DNA of 62,510 bases, the filler included, from Hausera hauseri (taxonomy: Eukaryota), in assembly GCA_046269625.1 (NCBI GenBank). It is 11 parts of 11 records of this genome, joined end to end, with 100 filler letters (N's around TTAATTAATTAA, not from the genome) between each part and the next. Parts side by side here need not be neighbours in the genome. Positions count along the whole stretch, not along the records: positions 18,432 to 26,328 come from JBJURY010887622.1; positions 26,429 to 30,551 come from JBJURY010747542.1; 9 more parts are not named here. The stretch is one strand, 5' to 3'. Shown here piece after piece: positions 20,223-30,651 of the stretch. The notes beneath the pieces were generated by a model. It saw only the letters and a program-made list of their open reading frames with translations. It did not search any database and was not told the DNA's origin. Position numbers and translations under genes: made by a program. How positions within the stretch are numbered: position 1 is the first letter of the stretch; each line of letters starts with the position of its first letter.

Positions 20223-21589
20223 CCTCCCTCCTCAGATGGCGTTGTCCTCAACACCAGAGGGTAGGTTTCTAAAATACCGTTTGCATATCGGTAATTGGCG
20301 GAATCTAACCGCAACCACTGATTGTCCTTCCGGATTTTCTTTTTCAAGGTGACTGTTTCACGGGTCGATCTTTTCTTTTTACTTTTTGTAAGGTCAATTA
20401 GAATGGAATCGTCTGAGTTTATAGTAGGAACCATTTCACTGGTAGTTGGTTGGTCCGAAATTGAAGTCTCTGAGGGTTTATCAATGTCCATTGGTTCAGA
20501 AATTGGATTAGAAATAATTTTTGATAAAACTTGTCGAGGAATTTTTATTAATTCTTGTGTATCAGATTGTACTTGTTCATGTGTCTCATCATTATCTGTT
20601 TTATATTCACAAATTGATTTATAGATTTTTAGCATTATAAGAGCCTTTTCTCGGGTACGAAGGGGATACACTATATCATTATATTTCATCAAAATTTGTT
20701 TTTGAGTGAGTTTCTTATCCGGATTTATTTCACAATGATACAGCAAGTCGCGGATACCGTGAATGGCATTAATGTCCATCAGATCCAGATGCAAATTAGT
20801 ATTGTATAGATCCATACCAACGATTAACCTTCCGTTTAATTTTTGTCTAATTAGAGATCTGGATTGATAAGAATCCATCTGTCCTGGGATATCTGCTTCC
20901 TTTAAGCCGGTAATCTGGCTATTGTAATTGTCGATTCTATCTCTTGGGGTGATGACTTCGTCGAGGATAATGTTTCCCTGTAGGTCCATAATGGTTACTT
21001 CTATCAACGTTATTTTCTTGTTTCGTAATGGCGTTAATAGATAGGCGGAGTTAACTGCTAAGACATATATTCTATTTTCTTTTACTTTTGGTAATCGACA
21101 GAAGGACATTCCAGATACCAATTGTTCTCGGTTTGGTAGGTTGGCAGGGTAAAGGGGTTTCTCGCATTCTATTTGGGGTAAATTTTCTCTCCGAGTCACT
21201 TCGATATAGACAATTGGGGCTTGTCTACCATATGCTCGTAATATAATCGTAACGTTCTTATAGAATCTTTTGTCCAATCTAACGGTTGAAAAAGGTGTGA
21301 CTTCAAGGATATCAGTAAAATCTTTTAGATGAGCTCTGCTTTTTACCTGCAACATTTCTTTCGCCACGGATATATATACAGAAGTTGTTCGCGTGGAGAT
21401 ATCAATAAGATCAGAAAGTTTTGTTGAGGCGTTTGGCAGTTTGATAATCAATCCAGCCCTTTGGTCGACCAGATGGCCTTTAAGATTATTTGGGATAAGA
21501 CTGGATTTTCCAAAATACATATAATCCTTCTCGACTGTCTGATTAATGTTGTTGAGGATATTGAAATAGAACGACTTTGTTCTTTCCAC
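20210..21589 (-). CDS. Retroelement 3' ORF with a DEDDh exonuclease-like (REX4/ISG20-type) domain; catalytic acids appear to be substituted
   Basis: VTIMDLQGNIILDEVITPRDRIDNYNSQITGL..LNGRLIVGMDL..IRDL matches the REX4/ISG20 scaffold. ExoI reads LAVNSA and ExoIII reads TREKA. Confidence 0.75.
   Translation of the reverse strand: MERTKSFYFNILNNINQTVEKDYMYFGKSSLIPNNLKGHLVDQRAGLIIKLPNASTKLSDLIDISTRTTSVYISVAKEMLQVKSRAHLKDFTDILEVTPFSTVRLDKRFYKNVTIILRAYGRQAPIVYIEVTRRENLPQIECEKPLYPANLPNREQLVSGMSFCRLPKVKENRIYVLAVNSAYLLTPLRNKKITLIEVTIMDLQGNIILDEVITPRDRIDNYNSQITGLKEADIPGQMDSYQSRSLIRQKLNGRLIVGMDLYNTNLHLDLMDINAIHGIRDLLYHCEINPDKKLTQKQILMKYNDIVYPLRTREKALIMLKIYKSICEYKTDNDETHEQVQSDTQELIKIPRQVLSKIISNPISEPMDIDKPSETSISDQPTTSEMVPTINSDDSILIDLTKSKKKRSTRETVTLKKKIRKDNQWLRLDSANYRYANGILETYPLVLRTTPSEEGGVDT
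20223..20233 (-). promoter_or_regulatory. Polypurine tract
   Basis: GAGGAGGGAGG immediately before TG; overlaps the last codons of ORF 20210-21589. Confidence 0.75.
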
Positions 21590-21974
21590 TGATTCGGATC
21601 CTTCTTGAACTAAAAAAATAGATTAACACCAACCAAGAAACGTTTGAAAGTGATTTATAACTGTAAAATCGTTTATTTGATTTGCAATTTTGGTAGGTCG
21701 TAAAAATCTTAACGGCCTTGTCTTGTACTACTGTACAATAATTTACAATTACATTCATTAATCGACTTTCTTGTCGTATAATCTTTTTATTTGTCCAATT
21801 CTTATCGGTAAAGAAGGTTGGCGGACAATTTTGCCGTTTATATTCGGTCAATTTTATATCTTGACAGTTGTCGTTATCAAACAGTTTATGTTCGGCAATT
21901 TGCCGATTTCCATTATTCAAAGAAGGCGCGCTTATACTATCTGATAAATCATCTTGGGAGTTTTCCCTTAACAA
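21543..21974 (-). pseudogene. Probable frameshifted upstream continuation of the 3' ORF
   Basis: Same strand, overlapping and of similar composition; no motif recognised. Confidence 0.35.
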
Positions 21975-22984
21975 TTTTAACTGCTTTATTATTTCTTTTA
22001 TTTTAGCTCATTCCGATTGGCAGTAAACTAATATGTTTTGACTTTGCGGGGCATTGGAAGGGTTACTTTTACTACTTTTCACTCTTAGATCCATGAGAGC
22101 ATCAATAAACATCAGAAAATGAGAATATGAGAATAAATCAAACTTCTCTATGACCGGTGTTCTGAAAAAGCCAATTTCAAATGTGAATATATTTTTCAAG
22201 AGCAGCATTTATGCCTGTGGTGCCATGAATTCTGTGCAGTTACCTAAAAAGGAATGAATATGTAGCTTTTTTTTATCATAATTTGTACAACTAAAAGTTA
22301 GAGAATTTGTGGTGCATATTTGCCCACATTAACCTTAGTATTTTATTGTAAAATTATTGTTTTAATATTTGGTCAATGGGCTGTAAATACAAAAGTTTTG
22401 TCCCTCAGTTAAATTTTTTGTTACTTATGCAAATTCCAAATTTGGACAACATAATCAAAAAGAATATCTCGAAAACTCGGTAAATTCGATTTGGAATTTG
22501 TCATATCGATTAATTTATCAAATCCAAATATTGAAATTATCGGTAGTTTGTAAGAATGTATTAATGTTGAAATTTTCAATCTGCTTAGGAACAATATTTC
22601 TTCGTTGAATTTATTTTGTCGTTTTCAAATGTTCGAATTTTAGATGTTTCATCGAATAAGATAACAATTCTCGCAAAGCAGTTTAAATGCGGCCAACGGA
22701 ACCAACAAAACTAGTCATTTTTATTATATGAATTTAAGATATATTCAAAATATATGTTTAAATACTTTACTGAATTAGTACTAAATTATATATATGGATG
22801 TATGAAGACTTAAAAATTGTGATGTATGTCAAAAATCAGTTTCAAAATCTAATTTTTCAAACAATTAAAAATCATACAAAAGGATGATGAGATTATTAAA
22901 AACAGATTTGCAGCTGTTGACGAACAACAAAAATTATCGATTATTTGAGGAACAAATCTCGAACTCCCAAAGACATGTGAACCA

Positions 22985-23245
22985 ACTTGATTGTCATGAA
23001 GATAATTCTTCATACATAGGAGAGACCTCGCGACATCTTTACACACAAGTTGGTGAACATTTCAATGGACAAGGCACGAAATCTGTGGTAATGGTAAACA
23101 AATAATTTCAAAATTTAAAATTCTAAAATCTAATTTAAGACACGAAAATAGAAGACAAATTGCAGAATCTGTTTGTATTAAGACGTTTGCTCCATCACTT
23201 AATAAACAGACAGATTTTGTGAAGTGCGTTTTTCTGTATAATGAT
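22985..23245 (+). pseudogene. Penelope-like GIY-YIG endonuclease remnant
   Basis: C..DNSSYIGETSRHLYTQVGEH ... NFKILK...IAESVCIK..APSLNKQ. Confidence 0.8.
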
Positions 23246-23343
23246 TAATTTGCAAGTATTTCACGGATTCGTTCTGTTACAGTTTGACATTGCAATTTAC
23301 TAGCGAAAAGCAGTGGAAAATTTGTTTCTATAACATTATTTTA

Positions 23344-23380
23344 CTGACGATGATGGAGAATCCATTGAAATATATTTTTA
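23344..23380 (+). ncRNA. Degenerate minimal hammerhead ribozyme of the Penelope remnant
   Basis: CTGACGA, stem ATGGA/TCCAT, GAAA, then palindromic ATATAT; about 100 nt 3' of the GIY-YIG end. Confidence 0.5.
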
Positions 23381-23487
23381 TAAATGGCGTTGTTTGATTT
23401 TATCTAAAAATTTGCCATTATTTTTCAGATATTTTGAATGTCGTCCTTTATTTTTTTAGAACACTGTTGATTCTGGAAGGCAGGCTT

Positions 23488-24408
23488 TCAACTGACTTTT
23501 GACAATGGGAATTTTTTTATTTGAATGCAAGCCCTTTTGGTTTTCATGATTAGACCAGTCATAAATGTTGACCTCATGGCAGCAACACTTCTCTTTGGAA
23601 ACATCCATAGACTCTCTATTGGATTAAGATCAGAGCTGCTGTCTGGCCAATCAAGAACTGAGATCTTCTGTGATTTAAGCCATAACTTGCCAATGTCAGA
23701 AATATGACTAGAAGCACCATTTTGATGGAAAATTTTCCACCTGCTTATGGTCATGTGAATTTTAAGTTTTCCTGAAGTATTTCTAGGTATTTCCTAGCAC
23801 TGATGGTCTCACTCAAAAGAATAACAGTGATTGATTCCCTTCCATTAGCAGACATTGTGCCCCAAATCATAATATTTGGAAGACACTACGACTGGAGGAT
23901 TATTGCGGGAATTTTGAGGTCGCTTAACAACCAATTTATAGGTACCATATTGGATAATGACAATTTCATCTGAAAATGTTACTTGTGACCACTCTTCTTT
24001 AGTCCATCCTTGATATTTCTTGCAAAATTTGATGCAGTCACTAATATTATTTTTGTTTAATAATGGGTTTATGCACATGGTTTACTACTTGGTAGGTTAA
24101 AATCATTTAGCAAACGTTTTCTAACTGTACGGGAACTGGCAGAAACATTCAAAAATGAAAGCATTTTTAATACATCTGAAAATATCATAATTTCAACAGC
24201 TACTTGTACAGTGTGACCTTCCACATCTTTTCTTTACTTCAGAACTACCAGTTAATTTGAAATTTTTCATAATTCTGCACATTGTAGATTGACTAACTTT
24301 CACAATATTCGCAATTCCTCGTGTAGAATATTCCTGCTCACAAAGAACTTGAATTTGGGTACGATTTGCTGCATCAGATTCACAAACTTTCACCATCAAC
24401 GACAACAA
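23488..24408 (-). pseudogene. Tc1/mariner transposase pseudogene
   Basis: Paired-like HTH (YSTRGIA..VSQSTMCRI..GR), WSQVTFSDE, FHQNGASSH, WPDSSSDLNPIESLW; frameshifted. Confidence 0.9.
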
Positions 24409-24708
24409 TTTAAATAACTCAGTAAAACAACCTCATTTTCATACGATTTATCGCTGCAACTGTTTTACAGAATATTTTTAACATCAGCGCAAGTATAATG
24501 GAAAATATGAAGGATTTTATGATTTCGTCATGCCGCCGCCGCCGCTGCACAGCCCTGCTATTGAAATATGTTCATAAAATATTACCATCCGCAGTTTGTC
24601 ATAAAGTTGGAAATGGAAATATCGAAATAAATGATTATATCGACATTTTGAATGAATGCAGACAGACAAATTTTACAATTGACTTTTTGTATTGTCTAAT
24701 TGACTTAC

Positions 24709-24795
24709 TGCTTTGATGATGACGGCTTGTTCGATTATTTGGATAATTTCCTTTTGATTTTTCTGTCGTGCCATATCCAATGGTGTTTGACCATT
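24709..24795 (-). CDS. Isolated host exon encoding a terminal ankyrin repeat
   Basis: CAG|NGQTPLDMARQKNQKEIIQIIEQAVIIKA|GTAAGT; 87 nt with canonical splice sites. Confidence 0.55.
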
Positions 24796-24821
24796 CTGCA
24801 GATGCAGTCAATATTCACATA

Positions 24822-25117
24822 CCTGTTAAACGAGGAACTCCCTTTTTATTTACGCAGCATACAACGGGCGCGAACTCTTTCACTAGGACGTGTCAGTACG
24901 TCACGCCCGGAGGACGTAATTTCATATTATTATTTTTTTTATTTATGCTTAAAATAAATGAAAAGACTATGAAATATATATTTTTTCGTTTATTTATATA
25001 TAAAGCACAAAGGAAAATCCAGGGCGCAACATATGTTTCAAGGACGTATTCATACGTCCTACCCGTTCCGATATTGTTTACGTTTGACGTATTTATACGT
25101 CCCGCTCGGTTAACAGG
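24822..25117. mobile_element. Non-autonomous TIR element (MITE), piggyBac-like
   Basis: CCTGTTAAACGAG...CTCGGTTAACAGG termini, TTAA on the right flank, internal GACG..CGTC palindromes. Confidence 0.65.
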
Positions 25118-25616
25118 TTAAAATGAGCAGAATCCGATTTTAGTATCCGAGCAGAATATTTCCAAATCAAAGTAAATAATAGATTACTTTTCGTCAAGTA
25201 TTCAAATCAAATCTGGTTTGTCAATTTAAATGTCATGGATGGGAAAATTCATACATCGTATAGACGAATCGTCACATCCGAATTAGAATGTTAGAACATG
25301 GGCAACAGAATAGAAATTCGTCCATACGTAGGCATATTTAGAAATAAGAAAATTGAAAATTTTAATAATTATTTTGAAAGGGTGACACGTGAAGATTCGG
25401 GCAGCGATTTCATTTCACTTTCACTATATTATCTGATGATGGTCATAAAGAGAATAATCATTTTGAACCGAGTTTAACATTGTTAAATACTGAAATTTGA
25501 TGAATATTGACCGTCATGAAATTCGACCAATATTAATGCACAACAATCGCATAAAAGTCGAACCATTTATTATCGATTTATTTTGTCTATTTTTGTAAAT
25601 ATCCCATTATTTTTAG

Positions 25617-26133
25617 GGTCTTATATCCGGTGGAGAATTGCCGTCATTTTTAGAGTAATGCCTTTGAACGAAATTCTTACTGGTTATCATTTTAGCACCT
25701 TAGTCAGTTCGTGTGATAAACCCACATATTTTACCCAACTCATGTCACCGGGCTCGTTGATATCGAGTTTACAGGTGGAAAATGAATTAGATAAACTCCA
25801 CATCAATCCAAATGGGTTGTCACTAATCAACGTTATAAATAAGTAATTTTCCCATCTCCACCACTTGATTGAATTTGCTATTTTCCACTCTAAGGTTGAA
25901 CATAACACCCGATGAAACGTCGAAAGGATTACGCAACAAGGAATTATTGAAAGAATCCATGAAATAGTACTTTTTTCCTGTATTTTTTGTGGATAATTTC
26001 TGCTGTCCTTCAGTGTTGTGAAGGGTGTTCAATTTTACCGAGACAAAAGGCACAATGAAGCTCTTCAGTGTTATAATCAAGCGCTGAATATAACGGAATT
26101 GAATGTCGATGCTTTTGTAGCTCGAGGAGCCTT
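25617..26133 (+). CDS. Partial host TPR-protein gene, TTC14-like; exons 25617-25654, 25696-25842, 25895-25966, 26014-26133
   Basis: Removing three GT..AG introns (41, 52, 47 nt, all phase 2) gives an open frame ending VVKGVQFYRDKRHNEALQCYNQALNITELNVDAFVARGAL, which resembles the first TPR of TTC14. Confidence 0.75.
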
Positions 26134-27094
26134 GTAATTTTCGGGTTTTTATTTATTACTCGTTGACTGGAAATTTGCCATCCACAACATTCATAAAAAT
26201 ATGATAATAAAAATTTAAGGTATTCAGAAAGTATTTGGTGATGACAATTGATGTTTAACTATTCAGTAAATGCATTGAAAATATTCAAATTTTTAAATTT
26301 AAATTTTCTGTATTGATTAAATGAATTANNNNNNNNNNNNNNNNNNNNNNNNNNNNNNNNNNNNNNNNNNNNTTAATTAATTAANNNNNNNNNNNNNNNN
26401 NNNNNNNNNNNNNNNNNNNNNNNNNNNNCAGTCATGCAAATTTTAACTGACAATACATTAATTAAAATTACACCAATCCCTGCTAATCCCTTTAATGTTT
26501 GATTTTGTATTGTTGGGATTGTATTTTTTAATGTGTGCAATGTATTATCTTATACGTTCTGTCAATTATGATGATTCTGACGTCTGCACAAATAAGTATA
26601 TATACGTGAATAATTTACACTCTCACTCATTAGACATTATCTGATAATACTCGCGTATAACTATTCAGTTGTAGTAAGTGTTGTTTATTACTTTCATTGT
26701 ATTTGCTTCATAATTTTTGTTCTTTATAAAACCAACATTTATTTTTAGAGTATCAGTATTTCTTTTTAGTCCTAAGTAATATAAGTAATTAACTAAAGAA
26801 ATCAAGTAATATATTGGAACAATTGCCGACCAGGTCAAACCTACCTGACGGCAGCCCGTTTATATCTAAATAACCAGTGTCAAGTAATACAGTAGAACGT
26901 AAAGTTTGAAAAAGCCTTATTGGCAGTCGTCCACGACACATTACCATACAGGATAGGGATAGGTAAGGAACCTTGTCTCTGTCTAGACTCAACTGCGCCT
27001 AAATAAATCCAGAATCAATTTTGTTCGTCCTATTAATTCTATTCCACGGTAAATAAGGCCTCTCTCAATATAGAATTAATGAGAACTGAACAAC

Positions 27095-27112
27095 TGGCAC
27101 CGTGACCCGGGA
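27095..27112 (+). promoter_or_regulatory. Probable primer-binding site (tRNA-His-like) after an LTR ending at ~27092
   Basis: ..GAACA-AC-TGGCACCGTGACCCGGGA upstream of gag; imperfect match to TGGTGCCGTGACTCGGA. Confidence 0.5.
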
Positions 27113-27255
27113 TAAAGAATTTGCTTTAGAGAACCAGAAGAAAAGAAGAACTCAAAATTACGACAAGAAAAGGTATCCAGTATCAGTTAACTCATAATAC
27201 AGCAGAACAACCTTTTGGATTAGAGTTTTTAAATAATCTAAGCGAAGAAGAAGAA

Positions 27256-30200
27256 ATGACAAATCAGAGTGCTAATATAATGGAGCATGTGATTCAGTCG
27301 AAAGCTGAATTCACCTTGCCCATGAAGAAGTTCTTAGGTAAGGAGGACGTGCAAGATTTTATTATGTAGTACGAAGTGTACTCAAAGAGCTTTGGTTGGA
27401 TTGACCAAAAGCGAACAAAAAGATTGCCTCTTCAATTAAGAGGGACTGCTTTGACAATTTATTTCCAAATTCCCGATGAAGACAAGAAGAATAGGAAAGG
27501 AATCAAAGAAAAACTGCCTCAGAAATTCTTTATGGATCCCTCTGGAAAGGGTAGAATAGAAGAATTTATAAGAAGAAGGCAACGTAAAGATGAAACAGTC
27601 CAGGATTTCGTCTGTGCACTGGAGAAGTTAGCCGCCAGAGCATATCCTGACGTTACTAGAAGAAATAATGCATTACTAGCCCAATTCCAATACGGGTTAG
27701 AAGAGAAGTTACAAACAATAATCTTGCAAGCAGATCCACTTACATTTCAAGACTCCATAAGAAAGGCGCGAAAAGCCGAACAAGATGACGAACTATATAA
27801 ATGGAATAATCCTAGAGGTTATAATAATTATGATAAACAAAGGAATAGTAATAAACAAAAAAATTATGAACGTTATAACAGAAGCAGAAGTCCATCCCAA
27901 ACATCGGCCACAGAAGCAGAATCTGATGCGGAAAAGAAGGTCCGGTTTAAATTAAAGAACGACGGTGAAAAAGCGAGTATTAAGAAGAAGTCTTTCCTAA
28001 AGATGAAAGAAACTTACCTAATATAGACGCTGAAGGAAGGTTAAAATGTTTTAATTGTAACAAATATGGTCACATAGCAAAAGCATGCAGATCACAAGAA
28101 AGGGAATCCTCAAAGCCTTATAAGCAAAAGAAAAAGGAATATACATCAGCCACATCGCACGAGTCATCTGATTAAGACTATGAAACAGAAGAAAGTGAAC
28201 ATGAAAAGAAGAATAAGAAGAAGGAAAGTGTGAATTATATTAATGATATACTATCTCAACGTATAAGAACTTAACTAGACATGGAGGTAAGAGATTATAA
28301 AACACAGCAGAAGAGATTAAAAGGAAAATAGTATTTACGTAGTGGAAGAAAAAACAAAAGGCAGAAAGCAGCGGCAAGGAGGAAAGAAAAGTAATAAAAA
28401 AATAATTGACAATATCGAATCAAGAGAAACTTCTGTGGAGAAAAGTGATGTAGAACAGAAGAAAAGAGGACGAAAGAATAGTGAGTTTACATCGTAAGAA
28501 AATGAAAAGAATGTCCCACCTACAAAAATTTGTGATAAAACCGTTATTGAACAAGTGATACACGATATAGAAGTAGACTTAGATGCTGAAGATGATCTTA
28601 TCCAAGCAGTAATTGCTATAAACCCTGAAAATATAATAAACGTAAATCAAGCGACGAGCACAATATTAAAGTTAATAGAAAATAAAGTATCTACCGATAA
28701 GATAAACGAAATACTATTTCAGCTATTATTAGTCGCCCACGATACGAGTCCAATAAAAGACATAGAACGAACAATATCGGCTAAAGCAGCTGAAGAGTAA
28801 AAAGGAAAAAACGAAACAGTAAGAATAACATTAAAGAAAGGAAACCAAGATATAAGGGTTATAAGAATGAATGAAACGGACGATGTATTTACATTACGAG
28901 AAAAGATTGGAGAACTAGAACCGTTTTATAAGGAAAAGACATATGGATTAAGCTTCTATGGCAGAACACTATACAGTTACGACAATTTGTTACGAGTGGG
29001 ATGTAGCAGTGAAAACTATAACCCAATTATGATAAGAGAGAGATACACTCCGATGCAAGAGCAGAAGCAACGATAGAGAATATAATAAGGGAACTGGAAT
29101 ATCAAGAGGTTGATGGATAACCATTAGGTGATACACAGGATGTTACGGTACAAACAGAAGCTCGGATGAGAGGGAGATCAAAAGGAAAAAAAATAAGCGA
29201 CTTTCGAAACAGAAAGGATCGAAACGAAGAAATAGTACGGTGATTGCTATTAGCAGGAACGGATACAACGCCAGAATCTGTAGATATAGATCCATTATTA
29301 AGAACGTTACTAGCCAAATTACATACGCCATTTGCATCGTTTGATATGCAAGTGGTAATTCCTGACTAATTGTTTCAGACGTTATATAACGGTATGCTAA
29401 AAATTAGCAGGCAGTTTTACGAAAATATTGGTGAAAAAAAAATTAATGAAATACATGAGCAAGATATATTAGAAAAGATGTTCTCAACAGGAATCACGCG
29501 AGAAAAAGTACAAACAGCTATAGCTTATCTATTATATAAAGTGATTGTGATCAATTACCAAACCCAAAATTTGGAAGAAATTGAGCGAAATATTAAAGCA
29601 GCGGTTACGGTTTTAAAGGACACGTTAGAAAATTGGGTCCAGTGTACAGGCGGGTGGTTATCAAGTCTTACCAAAAATGTAAGAACAAAAGGATACGGAG
29701 GACAAACAGAGATACCAATCTCAAACTTACACACACCAAGGCAATGCATAACAGGAATTACGATGATGGGGATCTTTCAGTTAATTTTAATAACATCGTT
29801 GCTGATACCCAAGACAATGGGAATAGTAGCATACGATTGTTCGAAACCTAAGGAAGGACAGAAATATTCCTTAGTTGATCTAGAAAAATGCCCCAAAGCT
29901 GACCCAGAACAATTAACGACGACCAGCGGTCACAGATATTGGATTTATTAGGAGTTTGAATTTATAAAAGTCAAGGTCAGGGAATGTTATGTAAAGAAAT
30001 CTTTCTTCCTGTTTAATTGTGCGTATTATTCCGGAAACTGCAATAATTGAACCAACAACACCATTNNNNNNNNNNCATAAAAGCCCAAAGCAAGGAATAT
30101 TATGTGAAGAAATCTTTTTTTTCTGTTCAGTTGTGCGTATTATTCCAGAAACTCTGCAATAATTGAACCAACAACATCATTTGAGCCGATAATACTATCG

Positions 30201-30551
30201 CGCGCCGAATGTCAAGATGTCTTTAAAATCGGAGTTATAACGATACAGAATGCACAAATAACAGCCGTAAGGAATAAGATAAAATATACTCAAATTTTTA
30301 GAGCCGGAAGAACAGATAAAACGATGGAAGGCACGAAGGATTATTCGACTCACAAACCAAACTCATGACGACAATGAGCGAGTGCGAATATGAAAGCGGC
30401 AAATGTGATACCGGCGAATCAAAAATGACTTGGGAAGTAACCGCGAATAGATGTCATTTGATCCTACAAAAGGAAGGAAAATTCAATAAGACAGTAGGAA
30501 AGACAGCCGAGAAAGAAACAACAACGTACAAGGAGGGCATCAAAGAACTAA
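27256..30551 (+). pseudogene. Second copy of gag - spacer - glycoprotein N-terminus (more decayed)
   Basis: Colinear with 1-3250; CFNCNKYGHIAKAC at ~28047; ILITSLLIPKTMGIVAYDCSKPKEGQKYSLVDLEKC. Confidence 0.9.
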
Positions 30552-30651
30552 NNNNNNNNNNNNNNNNNNNNNNNNNNNNNNNNNNNNNNNNNNNNTTAAT
30601 TAATTAANNNNNNNNNNNNNNNNNNNNNNNNNNNNNNNNNNNNNNNNNNNN

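Noticed and set aside
25433-25522. Further hammerhead candidate (CTGATGA TGGTCA...TGACCG..GAAA)
   Set aside because: The spacing before GAAA is wrong, there is no convincing stem I or III, and no Penelope ORF is adjacent.
29970-30190. Tandem duplication inside the glycoprotein gene
   Set aside because: The two versions flank a 10-N scaffold gap (30066-30075), so they are most likely two element copies joined by the assembler.
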